Shown: positions 19,961 to 29,961 of the stretch, piece by piece | Position numbering within the stretch: the stretch's first letter is position 1 | How the letters are laid out: every line of letters begins with the position of its first letter | Sequence record: NC_010583.1 | Direction: 5' to 3' (one strand) | Length of the DNA: 64,000 bases | From: Escherichia phage Eps7 | Program-made: the position numbers and the translations under genes | Notes under the pieces: model-generated | What the model saw: only the letters and a program-made list of their open reading frames with translations | What the model was told of the DNA's origin: nothing | Databases searched by the model: none

Positions 19961-20325
19961 TTAGTGTGTTTTTCAGCTTCTGTATCATTTGGCTCAAAGA
20001 CAACGTGACAGTCTACTACTTCCCAGAAAGATTGACGGATGATAGCATTTTGTTCTGCAATATCCAATCCTTCCCATTCTTCAAGTGTTTCTAGATCTGT
20101 ATCAACTTCGGTATCACAGCCCACCAGCCCCAAAGTAACAACAATAGTAACACGGCCTTCACGTTCTTCGGGATAAACTTCAGCATATTCCCAAGCAGCC
20201 TGTTCAACATAGTATTCTTGCTCCGATTTAGACAAAGAGTTATACTTTTCTTCTGTGATTCCCATCTCTACAGCACGAGTACCACAGACCACGTTGTTAT
20301 GTATTATAAGATATGCGTAATTCAA
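19945..20325 (-). CDS. hypothetical acidic protein
   Basis: 126-aa ORF 32 nt downstream of promoter. Confidence 0.5.
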   Translation of the reverse strand: MNYAYLIIHNNVVCGTRAVEMGITEEKYNSLSKSEQEYYVEQAAWEYAEVYPEEREGRVTIVVTLGLVGCDTEVDTDLETLEEWEGLDIAEQNAIIRQSFWEVVDCHVVFEPNDTEAEKHTNWMTR

Positions 20326-20356
20326 TGTGATACTCCCCTCATCAATTTATACATAT

Positions 20357-20386
20357 ATTATATCAAAATTTTTAGTCAGAAAGCAA
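20357..20386 (-). promoter_or_regulatory. sigma70-type early promoter
   Basis: ATTATA 20357-20362, AAGCAA 20381-20386, 18-bp spacer. Confidence 0.6.
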
Positions 20387-20390
20387 GTAA

Positions 20391-20419
20391 TAAAAAACCC
20401 AGATCAGCTAAGATCTGGG
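20391..20419 (-). terminator. rho-independent terminator
   Basis: CCCAGATC-AGCTAA-GATCTGGG stem-loop followed on minus strand by T6. Confidence 0.65.
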
Positions 20420-20428
20420 TTAGATTTA

Positions 20429-20719
20429 TTAATCTTCTGGATTATCTTCCAGGAAGTTTTTGATTGCGTCATGCATAGTTTCTTTACGAAGTTGACGACC
20501 AATCAGAATGTGGTTGGCTTCCACACGACCATTAGGGAGACGATCTGCTAGAACTACTACAGGAACCTGACGAACGCCAAATTTCTGCATAAGTTCTGCA
20601 TTATCAGTCTCTTTATGAACTTCTAGACTGTAGTCCTGTACTACTTTATCGAATACAGGCTCGAACATTTTGCACGGATTGCAGGTAGATCCCTTTAATA
20701 GATATACTAATTTACTCAT
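20429..20719 (-). CDS. thioredoxin/glutaredoxin-like protein
   Basis: 96-aa ORF with CNPC redox motif near N-terminus. Confidence 0.6.
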   Translation of the reverse strand: MSKLVYLLKGSTCNPCKMFEPVFDKVVQDYSLEVHKETDNAELMQKFGVRQVPVVVLADRLPNGRVEANHILIGRQLRKETMHDAIKNFLEDNPED

Positions 20720-21122
20720 GTTTATTAACGGCCTCCAAAAATGCCTTCATTACTTTTACTGTTGCAGTGCTAAGATCTAAGGTAGCACCTAAGCACTCAG
20801 ATACAGCAGCCTGATAAGGGGCTTTTAGCCTGCCTTCCGGTACTTGTACTTTCTTATAGGTTTTCTTTTTGACTTTATCCAGCATCGTTTCAAGAACATT
20901 GAGAGGCAACTTCTGACCTTCAATATTCACGCCAAGCTCTTCCATTAGCATGGTATTTAAGTCAATACGAGTAAGTTTCTTGCCCTTGCTAGACATACGA
21001 ATTCCCGCCTTTTTCTCAAGTTTTGCACGCTCTGGTGAATCGAGGTCACGTAATGCGATGTTCAATTCATACGGAGCCATATTGTAATGGTTAGCCATCT
21101 GAGTGTAGTAACGATCTGACAT
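20712..21122 (-). CDS. hypothetical protein
   Basis: 136-aa ORF. Confidence 0.5.
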   Translation of the reverse strand: MSDRYYTQMANHYNMAPYELNIALRDLDSPERAKLEKKAGIRMSSKGKKLTRIDLNTMLMEELGVNIEGQKLPLNVLETMLDKVKKKTYKKVQVPEGRLKAPYQAAVSECLGATLDLSTATVKVMKAFLEAVNKHE

Positions 21123-21203
21123 TTGTGAAACTCCTCTGATTCAATTTATACAAATATTATATAAAAATTTACAGCGGACAGAGAAGTCAACTACTTTTTT
21201 ATA

Positions 21204-21620
21204 TTAATGTGCTTGATGTGGGAATCTCTTCCTAACTAGGTACATTGTTATTGGATATATTGAATACATAAGTATAGGGGAGAAAAGGGTGAAATAAGCC
21301 GTGACTCCCCCAGCTAACATCAGTGGTATCAATGCTAGAGTAAGGGCCATAAGAATCATACCGAATGAGACAGCCAGGGCTACTGTTATGCAGTTCTCTA
21401 ACTCCATCCAAAGCCAACAATATTTCGTATTTCTCTGGCAGTTGCATTTGCAAACGCCGAATGTGCCCATAATTATATACTCTAGCCCATGAACGACTTT
21501 CTTTAATGTGTCATTTTGGGTAACTAGTGCGACAACCGTAAGAATTATCATTAAAATGAAAACTACTAGGCTTATCTTCCATATTCCTAGTAACATCATG
21601 GTGAATAGTTCTGCAAACAT
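21204..21620 (-). CDS. multi-pass membrane protein
   Basis: 138-aa ORF with several hydrophobic segments. Confidence 0.5.
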   Translation of the reverse strand: MFAELFTMMLLGIWKISLVVFILMIILTVVALVTQNDTLKKVVHGLEYIIMGTFGVCKCNCQRNTKYCWLWMELENCITVALAVSFGMILMALTLALIPLMLAGGVTAYFTLFSPILMYSIYPITMYLVRKRFPHQAH

Positions 21621-21695
21621 GGCTTTCTCCTATCATTAAGTTTTTAAAGCCCCCTTTGCTTTAAAAGGCGGGAATTACCCCACCTTGATTTATTA

Positions 21696-22110
21696 TCAGA
21701 CTAATTCTACGTGACCACCGTCGTAAGTACCACGATCGATCTCATCATGATAATCACCAGAACTATTCCAGTCGGCACCAAAACGAAGTTTGACACCAAG
21801 TTCCTTACCAGCTTGTTCAAAAGCCTTCTTAACAGCCCAAAATGCTTCCAGATCTTTCCAATCAATCTTACCATTAATATATGGTGCAAAATCGATAGCG
21901 TCTCCAGTTACATGCTTACTTTTGCTAGGGTCTTTCAAAAATGAAGTACCATTAGCAATGTTTTGGGCACTTTGTGCTACTGTACGAATACCTTGTACGA
22001 TTGTGAAATCATATGGGGATAGTTCTAAAGCCCTACGAGCTACCTTTTGTAGCTCGGGCTTAACAGTTGCTAATTGTTTTTCGTCTTATTTTACCTAAAT
22101 TAAAACTCAT
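21696..22110 (-). CDS. lys: endolysin, L-alanyl-D-glutamate peptidase type; apparent +1 frameshift near 5' end
   Basis: C-terminal 80 aa (HVTGDAIDFAPY...GGHVELV) plus upstream out-of-frame start MSFNLGK; matches recalled T5 endolysin; ATGA overlap with upstream gene. Confidence 0.7.
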
Positions 22111-22761
22111 ATAGATCTACCTAATGATCTTTGCTGCGGTGAGCAAAGCTTTGTTAAGTACTCCTTAAATTGTTCCGAGTCAGCTGTATCTACGGGTTTA
22201 TCCTTCCAGGCAATACCTATGTATCCAGCATAGATATTATTTAGGTTGAAATACGGACAAGTATAGACGTAATTAAAAGTAACGTTCTTAAACGCGGGTA
22301 TATTTGACCCCATATATTTATTTACTTTTACACTTAAATCCGAAGCGTAGTTAAAGCCTTCCAGGTGACGTCTATAAAGTTCAGACGTCTTGTTTACTGC
22401 TTTATCGGCCAAGTCAGCCCTATCCAATTGCGCATTGCTTTCCCATGCAATAATGTTCGAATAATCGTTTATAGCATCGGGTTTATACTTGACTACAAAA
22501 ACAGCATCCGCACCCGTCTGAGAGAAAAGAACCATGCTCTTTTCTCGTGCTACATTAGGAAAGTTATCTATCCTTTGGGTTTGAACATCCTGTAAAACCG
22601 CAGACGTGAGAAGTCTTTAAAAATGACATCACCTCGCTAGTGTTACTTACAAACAAGAAAATAATGACAGCAACTAAGATAGTTAGCAGACGTTTTAGTA
22701 GCGAAGCTGGATCTTTCGCTTCTTGGAGCAGTACCGTTAATAGTTGTAGAAACTTTTCCAC
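22107..22761 (-). CDS. putative holin, frame interrupted
   Basis: ORFs 22564..22761 (N-terminal TM) and 22107..22535 with frame continuity across 22565-22616; coupled to endolysin start. Confidence 0.5.
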
Positions 22762-22785
22762 TTGTAACCTCCTCTAACCATTACC

Positions 22786-22814
22786 ATTATACTAATTCTA
22801 GAGGAAAATTACAA
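22786..22814 (-). promoter_or_regulatory. sigma70-type promoter (-35 TTGTAA, -10 TATAAT) upstream of holin-endolysin
   Basis: ATTATA 22786-22791, TTACAA 22809-22814, 17-bp spacer. Confidence 0.5.
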
Positions 22815-22872
22815 CGTGTTTTTAAAGATCACTTCTGGAGCATAATTTTTTGTCGTTGTCAAGAAGAATTTT

Positions 22873-22908
22873 AGGCAAAAGAAAAGCCAGAGTCGTTAAA
22901 CTCTGGCT
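22873..22908 (-). terminator. rho-independent terminator
   Basis: AGCCAGAG-loop-CTCTGGCT followed on minus strand by T-rich run. Confidence 0.6.
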
Positions 22909-22917
22909 TAAAACTAC

Positions 22918-23517
22918 TTACACTTCTCCATGTTCTTCTGGATGCGGAGCTTGAGCTTTACTATATTGCTCTTTGCGATAATTCGCCAAAATTTCAATAC
23001 GCTTATTGATTTCTTTACTGTTGAGGTAGATATTCTTATTCTCTTTTACCATGTCCTCGATCTCGTCAATAGAGAAGAACGGGAAGTAAACATCGAGCAT
23101 CATATCTTCTACAAACTGGTTGTAAGATTCATAGGCTTTCTTGATTTCTTGACCTTTCTCACAGAATCCGCCAGAGAACGTATGTCCCATAAGCGTAGCA
23201 TGTGGATGTACAACCCAACCGTGGCAAGACAGGAAGATTGTGCAGTAAGCAGAAGCACTAGGACCGAGCAGGTGTCCAATAACCGTTCCACGACAGTTAG
23301 CGATTAGGTTAGATAGTTGTGCAGCAGTATCAACGTAACCACCAGGCCCATTAATCATCAGATTAATTTCATCATCTTCACCAGCCTGCATCAGTATCAT
23401 GGATAGGTCACGATACTCATCCGGTGAGCCTAATTCTTCATCAAAGAAAAAGGTATATTCGTTAGATTGGCGAACAGTGTGAAACAGGTTAGTCTTTTCT
23501 TCTTTCTTATTAGTCAT
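22918..23517 (-). CDS. ClpP-like serine peptidase family protein
   Basis: 199-aa ORF with INGPGG...GHLLGPSASAY pattern resembling ClpP. Confidence 0.55.
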   Translation of the reverse strand: MTNKKEEKTNLFHTVRQSNEYTFFFDEELGSPDEYRDLSMILMQAGEDDEINLMINGPGGYVDTAAQLSNLIANCRGTVIGHLLGPSASAYCTIFLSCHGWVVHPHATLMGHTFSGGFCEKGQEIKKAYESYNQFVEDMMLDVYFPFFSIDEIEDMVKENKNIYLNSKEINKRIEILANYRKEQYSKAQAPHPEEHGEV

Positions 23518-23529
23518 AGTGATCCTTAA

Positions 23530-24282
23530 TTATCCAACTAGTGGTTCTAGCTCTAAGTCACAGAAGTGGTACACATCGGTACGAAGTGCATCAAGTCCGT
23601 TGAAGGTATTCTCAAATTTATGAGAAATGTATTTTTCAGGAATACCGCTTTCAGACGGATGATCTGTCTCGATGCGATACTTATTAGTAATACCAGATTC
23701 AACCTTAATAAGCATGGAATCCATATCTAGAGTATTGGTTTCCATGATTAGCTCTCCCTCATTGGGGAAACGCACATCGGTAACGATTGCGACGTCTGGG
23801 TCGTCTTTATCGATGGATTGCTCCAGAATTATGAGCCAAATGCGTTCATGCACCAGCTGCCTTCCTAACTCAGTACCTACAAGCTGTAGCATTTTTCTTG
23901 GGGAGATAAATACGCTATACAGCGCATCATCAGCTTGCCCAATTAACTGCTGAGGATCAAGGTATTTTCCTTCAAAAATCGGCCAAACGTACGAGAAGTC
24001 CTCAAACTTATCGATACCATACTTAAACCATACGTCTCTAGCTCGCTCCAATTGAGATTGTGTGACTGTAAACCATTGGTCAATCTCTTTTCCCCTGCGC
24101 TCTCCCAGAAACTCTGGAGTTACCCCGAGGATTACGGATGCAAGTTCGTAAACGGGTTTAGCAAAACTGTAACGACGGGATAAACACGTTGGGAACGTGT
24201 CATTACACCAGTCAATCATTAATTCTGCAACGGTATCTTTTCCCGCACCAGCCTCACCATGTAAACCGACTAATACTGACAT
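23530..24282 (-). CDS. deoxynucleoside monophosphate kinase-like P-loop protein
   Basis: 250-aa ORF with N-terminal GEAGAGKDT Walker A, similar in layout to phage dNMP kinases. Confidence 0.6.
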   Translation of the reverse strand: MSVLVGLHGEAGAGKDTVAELMIDWCNDTFPTCLSRRYSFAKPVYELASVILGVTPEFLGERRGKEIDQWFTVTQSQLERARDVWFKYGIDKFEDFSYVWPIFEGKYLDPQQLIGQADDALYSVFISPRKMLQLVGTELGRQLVHERIWLIILEQSIDKDDPDVAIVTDVRFPNEGELIMETNTLDMDSMLIKVESGITNKYRIETDHPSESGIPEKYISHKFENTFNGLDALRTDVYHFCDLELEPLVG

Positions 24283-24635
24283 TAATCTTTCCTATTTGTA
24301 ATGGGTGGATAGTAAACTAAGCAACGTTTTTCTTGTAAATCTTGACGATAGAAGCAAACCATACCGGTCAGTCGTGAAATGTAAGAGTAAACTGCTTCCT
24401 CGCATTTTGCTTTTGCATTCCAATCTTTGTAAGGTACAACAACTACTACGCCATCTTCACCATTTGTAGCTAATTTCTTTTCGAATTTGAAATCAAAGCT
24501 ACACGGCTGAAGTCCTTTAGGCCAGTCAACATGAGCTTGTTTTAACTCATGGGATGGCTCCGGTTTTATTTCTTCTGCACAGCCTGTGATTGTGATTGCG
24601 GCTGCGAGCAGTACTCCAAGTTTCCAGTTAAACAC
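24282..24635 (-). CDS. lipoprotein (candidate outer-membrane spanin subunit)
   Basis: 117-aa ORF with lipobox ITGC; overlaps upstream TM/coiled-coil gene. Confidence 0.45.
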   Translation of the reverse strand: MFNWKLGVLLAAAITITGCAEEIKPEPSHELKQAHVDWPKGLQPCSFDFKFEKKLATNGEDGVVVVVPYKDWNAKAKCEEAVYSYISRLTGMVCFYRQDLQEKRCLVYYPPITNRKD

Positions 24636-25015
24636 GCTAATCTTTCCTCGAACTCTTTATTCTGCTTTTTAGCAATTAATGTTACCAATCCAGGCTTTGC
24701 AGCGATAACATCTTGACGACTAAGAGCTTTATCTAACTGCTTAATCTTTTTGTCTAGATCTGCTTGCGAAATATTATTCATTGTGAAATACTGGTTCATT
24801 CGAGTCTCACGAAGTTCACTCTCAGTTTTCACTTTATTAAGAGAAGTCTCTAGAGTGGAGATCTTTTTAGTCGCAACTGCAAGATCTCCCGCTAAAGTTT
24901 CAACCTTATTTACTAAATGATAAGCACCGAATCCGATACCTATCGCAAGACCAGCTCCCAGGATATACCACTTACCTTGCCATATTCCTGAAAGAAGTTT
25001 TTGTATCAAATCCAT
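24566..25015 (-). CDS. N-terminal TM coiled-coil protein (candidate inner-membrane spanin subunit)
   Basis: 149-aa ORF; TM helix then heptad-rich region; 3' end overlaps lipoprotein gene. Confidence 0.45.
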   Translation of the reverse strand: MDLIQKLLSGIWQGKWYILGAGLAIGIGFGAYHLVNKVETLAGDLAVATKKISTLETSLNKVKTESELRETRMNQYFTMNNISQADLDKKIKQLDKALSRQDVIAAKPGLVTLIAKKQNKEFEERLACLTGNLEYCSQPQSQSQAVQKK

Positions 25016-25670
25016 GTGCTGCTAACCTGTCTTTATCTGATACGGTAATCATATCAGGCTCACCAGTTCCTAGTACACCGAAGATATACTGTTCGAGAAC
25101 TTGGTGTAAACGGTATAAGTTACTTTCAATTTCCTGCCACGGAATACCTGACTGATGGAAACGAATGTTTGTCTGAATTACGAAGTTACGAACATCATCG
25201 TTATCGTTCTTCTTAATACCTTTCACATATGCAATTGGTACGCGCAGTTCAGATAAGATACGTTCTGCTTTAGGTTTTGCTTCAACCAACATATCTCGCA
25301 TGGTTTCACGAACATCACCACGATTCTTGTCTAGTAAGTAAGAACGGGCATGTAATCCCATTTCTTCCATTTTATCAAATACAGCATCGATGTTGAACGT
25401 TTTGAAACTGAATGCCGGATGCCAGCAGGACAGCTCATGTAACCAGTAAACTTCACCTGCAATAAACAGCGGATTTACTGAGTATTCGAAATCACCACGG
25501 AAGGATAAGGAACCTTCACGAAACACCTGACGATTATGAACAATATTCTTTTCTACATCGTCGGTTACTTTTACTAGCAGCTCTTCAGTTTTACGCTCCC
25601 AGACACGATCTGGATCAAATAAACTATTCTGCAAATCGTATACATCATTGAACTTTGAAATGATTCTCAT
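24972..25670 (-). CDS. hypothetical protein
   Basis: 232-aa ORF 32 nt downstream of promoter. Confidence 0.55.
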   Translation of the reverse strand: MRIISKFNDVYDLQNSLFDPDRVWERKTEELLVKVTDDVEKNIVHNRQVFREGSLSFRGDFEYSVNPLFIAGEVYWLHELSCWHPAFSFKTFNIDAVFDKMEEMGLHARSYLLDKNRGDVRETMRDMLVEAKPKAERILSELRVPIAYVKGIKKNDNDDVRNFVIQTNIRFHQSGIPWQEIESNLYRLHQVLEQYIFGVLGTGEPDMITVSDKDRLAAHGFDTKTSFRNMAR

Positions 25671-25701
25671 AAATTATCCTTTTGCCTCAATCTATAAACA
25701 T

Positions 25702-25730
25702 ATTATATAATACTTGTGGCGTCTGAGCAA
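25702..25730 (-). promoter_or_regulatory. sigma70-type early promoter
   Basis: ATTATA 25702-25707, GAGCAA 25725-25730, 17-bp spacer. Confidence 0.55.
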
Positions 25731-25816
25731 CTGAAATTTTATTACAAAAAATAGCCCAGCCTGCAATTTTGCGACTGGGCTTTGTCATTATTATTCTTGC
25801 TAGGAGGTGATTATCA

Positions 25817-26206
25817 TCACTCTTGTTTACTTAATTCTCTAGCACGACGTAGCGATCCAGCGGTTCTCCATAGTTTAATGTCGTCAATAACTTCTTTGTA
25901 AGGAGCAATAGTAAGACCTAGCGGTCCTGCTACCAACAGTCCAAAGAAACCAATTACACGCATGTATAGCAAGCATTCTTTGGGAGTCATTGACTGGACA
26001 GCCTGCCTTTCCTCATCACTGTCGAACTCGTATTCTTGATCGTCTAAACGTAGGTACTTAATAAACCATTCAGCAGAATATTCATCCAGATGACTAATAA
26101 CTGCAATAGCATAGCCTAAACCAATAATAAACCATGCTGCTACAATGAATAAAATAAAGCTCATGATATCTCCAGTTAAAGTTGAGGTCCGCGACCAACT
26201 CACCAC
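25817..26206 (-). CDS. membrane protein
   Basis: 129-aa ORF with TM segments. Confidence 0.5.
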   Translation of the reverse strand: MVSWSRTSTLTGDIMSFILFIVAAWFIIGLGYAIAVISHLDEYSAEWFIKYLRLDDQEYEFDSDEERQAVQSMTPKECLLYMRVIGFFGLLVAGPLGLTIAPYKEVIDDIKLWRTAGSLRRARELSKQE

Positions 26207-26280
26207 TTACCGCACTAAGGGGCACGACTCCCTTATCCGTAACAGTTGCAGGTGACGCAACTCGGTCCTACGCGAGTTCT

Positions 26281-26565
26281 TTACTTGCTCTGCATTTCAG
26301 CACGGAATTTTTTCATCTTACGAGTTTTACGGAAGAAGAAATAAGTAGCTACTGGCCCGAACAAGGTGTCCATAATAAGCATACCTGACATGATGAATTT
26401 GAACATCTTTTCATCGTCAAATTCTGCTAATTCTGGTGGACGATATTTGTTTATAACATAAAGAATAACATCTTTATTTTTAGAGATATACAGATCATCA
26501 ATCAGACTGTAAATCGCGACAACTGCACCAATAACAAACCACAAAGCAAATGGAGAGATAATCAT
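26281..26565 (-). CDS. small membrane protein
   Basis: 94-aa ORF. Confidence 0.45.
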   Translation of the reverse strand: MIISPFALWFVIGAVVAIYSLIDDLYISKNKDVILYVINKYRPPELAEFDDEKMFKFIMSGMLIMDTLFGPVATYFFFRKTRKMKKFRAEMQSK

Positions 26566-26855
26566 TTAAGATCCTTTTCATCAATTAGAATAGTAACAAA
26601 CAATGGTACACAACCTGGGCACAAATCTTTACCAAACTTTTCCATTACATCCCAAAGTGGTAAGGTAATCATATCATTCTTAACTCTAGGATCTGTATAC
26701 TCAGCTATTCGTTTATTTGCAAAATCAGTAGCTAAATCTGAGTTATGCTCGTAGCTATAATCAGTCCAGAATTTAGTATGATCATTTCTAAGATACTCTA
26801 GTACAGCATCAGTTGCTGGAATCTGAACTAGACTGTTGAGATTTAGCTCTTTCAC
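26562..26855 (-). CDS. hypothetical protein
   Basis: 97-aa ORF. Confidence 0.5.
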   Translation of the reverse strand: MKELNLNSLVQIPATDAVLEYLRNDHTKFWTDYSYEHNSDLATDFANKRIAEYTDPRVKNDMITLPLWDVMEKFGKDLCPGCVPLFVTILIDEKDLK

Positions 26856-27306
26856 GTTCTTCTCTCCGACGTTTGCGTTCCTTCATCATGTGGGCTGCTA
26901 CAACCTCATGATAGTAATCGTTAATGTTACCTTCAGGTAAGAAATGTTTAATCGTTTCTAGCTGACAGATAACACGGTAAAGATGTTTATTTGGCAAACA
27001 TAATTTCATGCCCATAACAAATCCAGAGAAACCTGGAACACTGAACGTGGGTTGGGCTTCTACGTTGCCCTCGGGATTGATACTAAGTTCAATCGAGATA
27101 CCCATTTTCATACTATAAAGCTGACAACCCTCACCATTACCAAATCTTGACCAAACAGTAAAGTCCTCATCGATTTGATCTTGGATTTCTTCAATTGCAA
27201 GTTTAATTCTAGGATCTAAATTAGTCATCTTCACCTTCAAAGTCGCAATCATAACGACAAGTAAACGAATCGGAATTGTTAGAATGTTGAGTAGTGATTT
27301 CACCAC
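26809..27306 (-). CDS. hypothetical protein
   Basis: 165-aa ORF. Confidence 0.5.
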   Translation of the reverse strand: MVKSLLNILTIPIRLLVVMIATLKVKMTNLDPRIKLAIEEIQDQIDEDFTVWSRFGNGEGCQLYSMKMGISIELSINPEGNVEAQPTFSVPGFSGFVMGMKLCLPNKHLYRVICQLETIKHFLPEGNINDYYHEVVAAHMMKERKRRREERERAKSQQSSSDSSN

Positions 27307-27520
27307 GTTTGCTAACAGTAACAGCCGGAGTAGAGAAGTTTTTATTAGTATAGATCTCTACTTTGCCATTACGTTCTTTAATATCACGCACTTTACCATA
27401 TTCGGTGGTAATACCGTTCTGCTGAACTTTAATATTACCATTTTTCATAGAAACTTTGGTGGATGCCAGAGAACCGAAACTAACTGCTGAAATTACTAGA
27501 GCAATAATAAGTTTACGCAT
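27221..27520 (-). CDS. secreted protein (signal peptide)
   Basis: 99-aa ORF with N-terminal signal-like MRKLIIALVISAVSFGSLAS. Confidence 0.5.
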   Translation of the reverse strand: MRKLIIALVISAVSFGSLASTKVSMKNGNIKVQQNGITTEYGKVRDIKERNGKVEIYTNKNFSTPAVTVSKRGEITTQHSNNSDSFTCRYDCDFEGEDD

Positions 27521-27794
27521 AATGCAACTCTCTTAGTTTATTCGTGATAGCCTGTAGTACGCCTTCTCGACTAGTATCTATAGTTACACCGATAGAGTCT
27601 CCAGTCACATACACTTTACACCTATTAGGGCCTTCACTAATTATTAATGCCACTGTAGTTATATTTATAGAACAGTCCTTATAATTAGAAGTTCTAAAGG
27701 TAACGAAAGGAGAACAGAAATTACTCATCTTCATCCTCCTCCTTACAGTCACGGCATACATCATAATCATTGAAAGAATGTTCGTGAGCTTCAC
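27513..27794 (-). CDS. hypothetical protein (start uncertain)
   Basis: 93-aa ORF; probable true start at internal Met near 27731. Confidence 0.35.
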   Translation of the reverse strand: MKLTNILSMIMMYAVTVRRRMKMSNFCSPFVTFRTSNYKDCSINITTVALIISEGPNRCKVYVTGDSIGVTIDTSREGVLQAITNKLRELHYA

Positions 27795-28002
27795 ACCACC
27801 AAGAACAAGAATCGCACAAGAAAATTTCTGTTTTCTCTATTGCCTGTCCAAGCAGTTCGTCTGCTTCATCTTCTGTGATTTTCAAACTACAAACATCAGC
27901 AATACGTTTAACAATCATTCTGCCTGCTTCATGATAGGACATACAAGTCCCAACAACATCATGCTCAAGAACATGGACAGCGCAGTCTAAGCGAGTTTTC
28001 AT
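27721..28002 (-). CDS. Cys-rich acidic protein
   Basis: 93-aa ORF with several CxxC pairs. Confidence 0.5.
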   Translation of the reverse strand: MKTRLDCAVHVLEHDVVGTCMSYHEAGRMIVKRIADVCSLKITEDEADELLGQAIEKTEIFLCDSCSWWCEAHEHSFNDYDVCRDCKEEDEDE

Positions 28003-28032
28003 TTCAAAGCCCTCTCATCAATTTATATAAAT

Positions 28033-28061
28033 ATTATACCAAGAAAAGAGGGTTTTAGCAA
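28033..28061 (-). promoter_or_regulatory. sigma70-type early promoter
   Basis: ATTATA 28033-28038, TAGCAA 28056-28061, 17-bp spacer. Confidence 0.6.
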
Positions 28062-28078
28062 ATGAATTATTTACGAAA

Positions 28079-28447
28079 TTAGTCGTAGCACCACCATAAT
28101 CCACGCTTACGCAGATCATGATCGCGATTATAGTCGTAATTTTCTGGATCTTTCATCACATGATGAAGTTCACGACGGTTTCCCTGACGAACCATTTTGT
28201 TAGAATGCCACTTAACGTTCCTACTAACAGAATCCCACCAGTGCCCATCTTTCTTCTCGTTACGGATGATATTTTCCTGAATCTCCTTCTCAATTTCATC
28301 CCAAGTTTTTAGCCCATGCTTCATTGGATCGAACTTGATAATACTTCCACTGTTTACCATCCCTATCCGTGTAGATATACGGAATACGGATATTAGTGCT
28401 ATGAAAGTTATAAGTAGAACGATGTGCATCACGCCAGTGACGATCAC
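28079..28447 (-). CDS. membrane-anchored protein
   Basis: 122-aa ORF with N-terminal TM. Confidence 0.5.
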   Translation of the reverse strand: MIVTGVMHIVLLITFIALISVFRISTRIGMVNSGSIIKFDPMKHGLKTWDEIEKEIQENIIRNEKKDGHWWDSVSRNVKWHSNKMVRQGNRRELHHVMKDPENYDYNRDHDLRKRGLWWCYD

Positions 28448-28533
28448 CAGATTGTTTACGATATGTACGGCTCATATTACCTCCATTAAGTCTTTTAAAT
28501 TAACTTAATGTGGACGAACTTCAAAATATAACA

Positions 28534-28719
28534 TTAGTAATTTCCGTTGTCGTTGTATACTACCCCACTGCTAGGGAGTTCTTCTACTGTCACATTCTCG
28601 AACTCTATAGAACTTCTATGGTTTCTAGCCAGTTCGATTGCTTCTTCCGCAGTTTCCGCAACAACAATAGCTGTACCACCTAACCACAGGCCGCTATAGT
28701 TCACTTTAAAAATTTTCAT
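28534..28719 (-). CDS. hypothetical protein
   Basis: 61-aa ORF. Confidence 0.4.
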   Translation of the reverse strand: MKIFKVNYSGLWLGGTAIVVAETAEEAIELARNHRSSIEFENVTVEELPSSGVVYNDNGNY

Positions 28720-28783
28720 TTCGAAAATCCTATATACAAGAAAACCCCAGACTACTTATTCAATAGCTGGGGTTTGTTATTAA

Positions 28784-29077
28784 TTAACCTTCACCGAAAC
28801 CTACGAAGCCATCAAATTCATCATTTGAAATACCTTCGCCATATCCGATAATCAGTTCAGTCGATTCCATCTTTTTAATCTCCGAGATTTTCATGCCTGC
28901 TTTACTATTCTTATAGTATTTGCGAGGATTCCCACACATCCAACAAGAACAGATGCAAGGAGTGGTAGTGATAATGCCTAACCGCTTAGGACTTTCTTCG
29001 TGTGGGAAGACTGTCCAATACTTCTTGCGATTGTTTTTCACACGTTGCCGATGATGGCGTCTTAATGCTCGATCCAC
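28784..29077 (-). CDS. Cys-rich hypothetical protein
   Basis: 97-aa ORF. Confidence 0.5.
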   Translation of the reverse strand: MDRALRRHHRQRVKNNRKKYWTVFPHEESPKRLGIITTTPCICSCWMCGNPRKYYKNSKAGMKISEIKKMESTELIIGYGEGISNDEFDGFVGFGEG

Positions 29078-29158
29078 ACATTTCTCCTAAAACTTGGGAG
29101 ATAAATGGAGTTTGCTCGACTACTTTGCGTAGCTGGGAGAAATCGTATCCAAACCCCA

Positions 29159-29527
29159 TTATATCGCCTGAGTAAATGTACGACTAATAACGTCGTTCTG
29201 TTGTTCACGCGTCAGTGCATTAAATCGAACAGCATAGCCAGAGACACGAATGGTCAACTGAGGGTATTTTTCAGGATGTTTCTGTGCATCCAAAAGCTGA
29301 TCACGACTTAACACATTGACATTTAGGTGCTGACCTCCCTCGACCTGAGGAATTACTTCAACATCTACGATGCGAAAGGCTTCAGGATCAAAGTGAGGTG
29401 TGATACCTTCTAGATCTTCAACTAGAACTTTTTGTTTAAGTTCACCATCTTTAGAGTATAATTGAATGATCTGATTGTCATGAACAAGGTTAATTACGCC
29501 GGATTTAAGGTTTTGGTACGCTTTCAT
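29159..29527 (-). CDS. hypothetical protein
   Basis: 122-aa ORF. Confidence 0.5.
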   Translation of the reverse strand: MKAYQNLKSGVINLVHDNQIIQLYSKDGELKQKVLVEDLEGITPHFDPEAFRIVDVEVIPQVEGGQHLNVNVLSRDQLLDAQKHPEKYPQLTIRVSGYAVRFNALTREQQNDVISRTFTQAI

Positions 29528-29710
29528 TAGATCTCCCTGATGTTAGAATTTGGCTCAGCTTTTTGTTAACCCAGAAGCAAGATAAAAACTGGGAGGCAGG
29601 CTGTTTATTAAGTGAATACCCGATAATCGCTCGTAGTCCGGCTTGTGGATTGATAGTCCCATTCAGTTTAATAAACACAGAGATCTGGCACAAAGGCCTG
29701 ATCTTATCTT

Positions 29711-29787
29711 TGGTAGTTAGTAGTGGATTTGAACCACTGTAGTCGCTCCGTATGAAGGAGGTGCATAACCTCTCTGCCAACTAACTA
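29711..29787 (-). tRNA. tRNA with anticodon CAT (Met or Ile-lysidine type)
   Basis: manual fold: acceptor TAGTTAG/CTAACTA, T-arm GGTTCAAATCC, anticodon loop TTCATAC, encoded CCA. Confidence 0.6.
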
Positions 29788-29883
29788 TTATGTTTTACTA
29801 GACTAAGTAAGTATTCTTTATACTCTTTAGACCAATTAGTCTTTTTTAAACTTTCCTGGACGCATAGTCTTACTTCCTAAATT

Positions 29884-29960
29884 TGGTACTCCGGGAGGGA
29901 TTTAAACCCCCGATCTCTCGGTTATCAGCCGAGTGCTTTAGATCGCTAAGCTACCGAAGC
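29884..29960 (-). tRNA. tRNA-Ile (GAT)
   Basis: manual fold: anticodon stem CTCGG/CCGAG, loop CTGATAA, T-loop TTTAAAT, encoded CCA. Confidence 0.6.
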
Positions 29961-29961
29961 A

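Noticed and set aside
21232-22098. Multiple short ORFs on both strands around the endolysin
   Set aside because: Alternative-frame artefacts of the endolysin and membrane protein genes.
29505-29780. Minus-strand ORF (91 aa)
   Set aside because: 3' part is the tRNA (CAT) gene; rest has no RBS.
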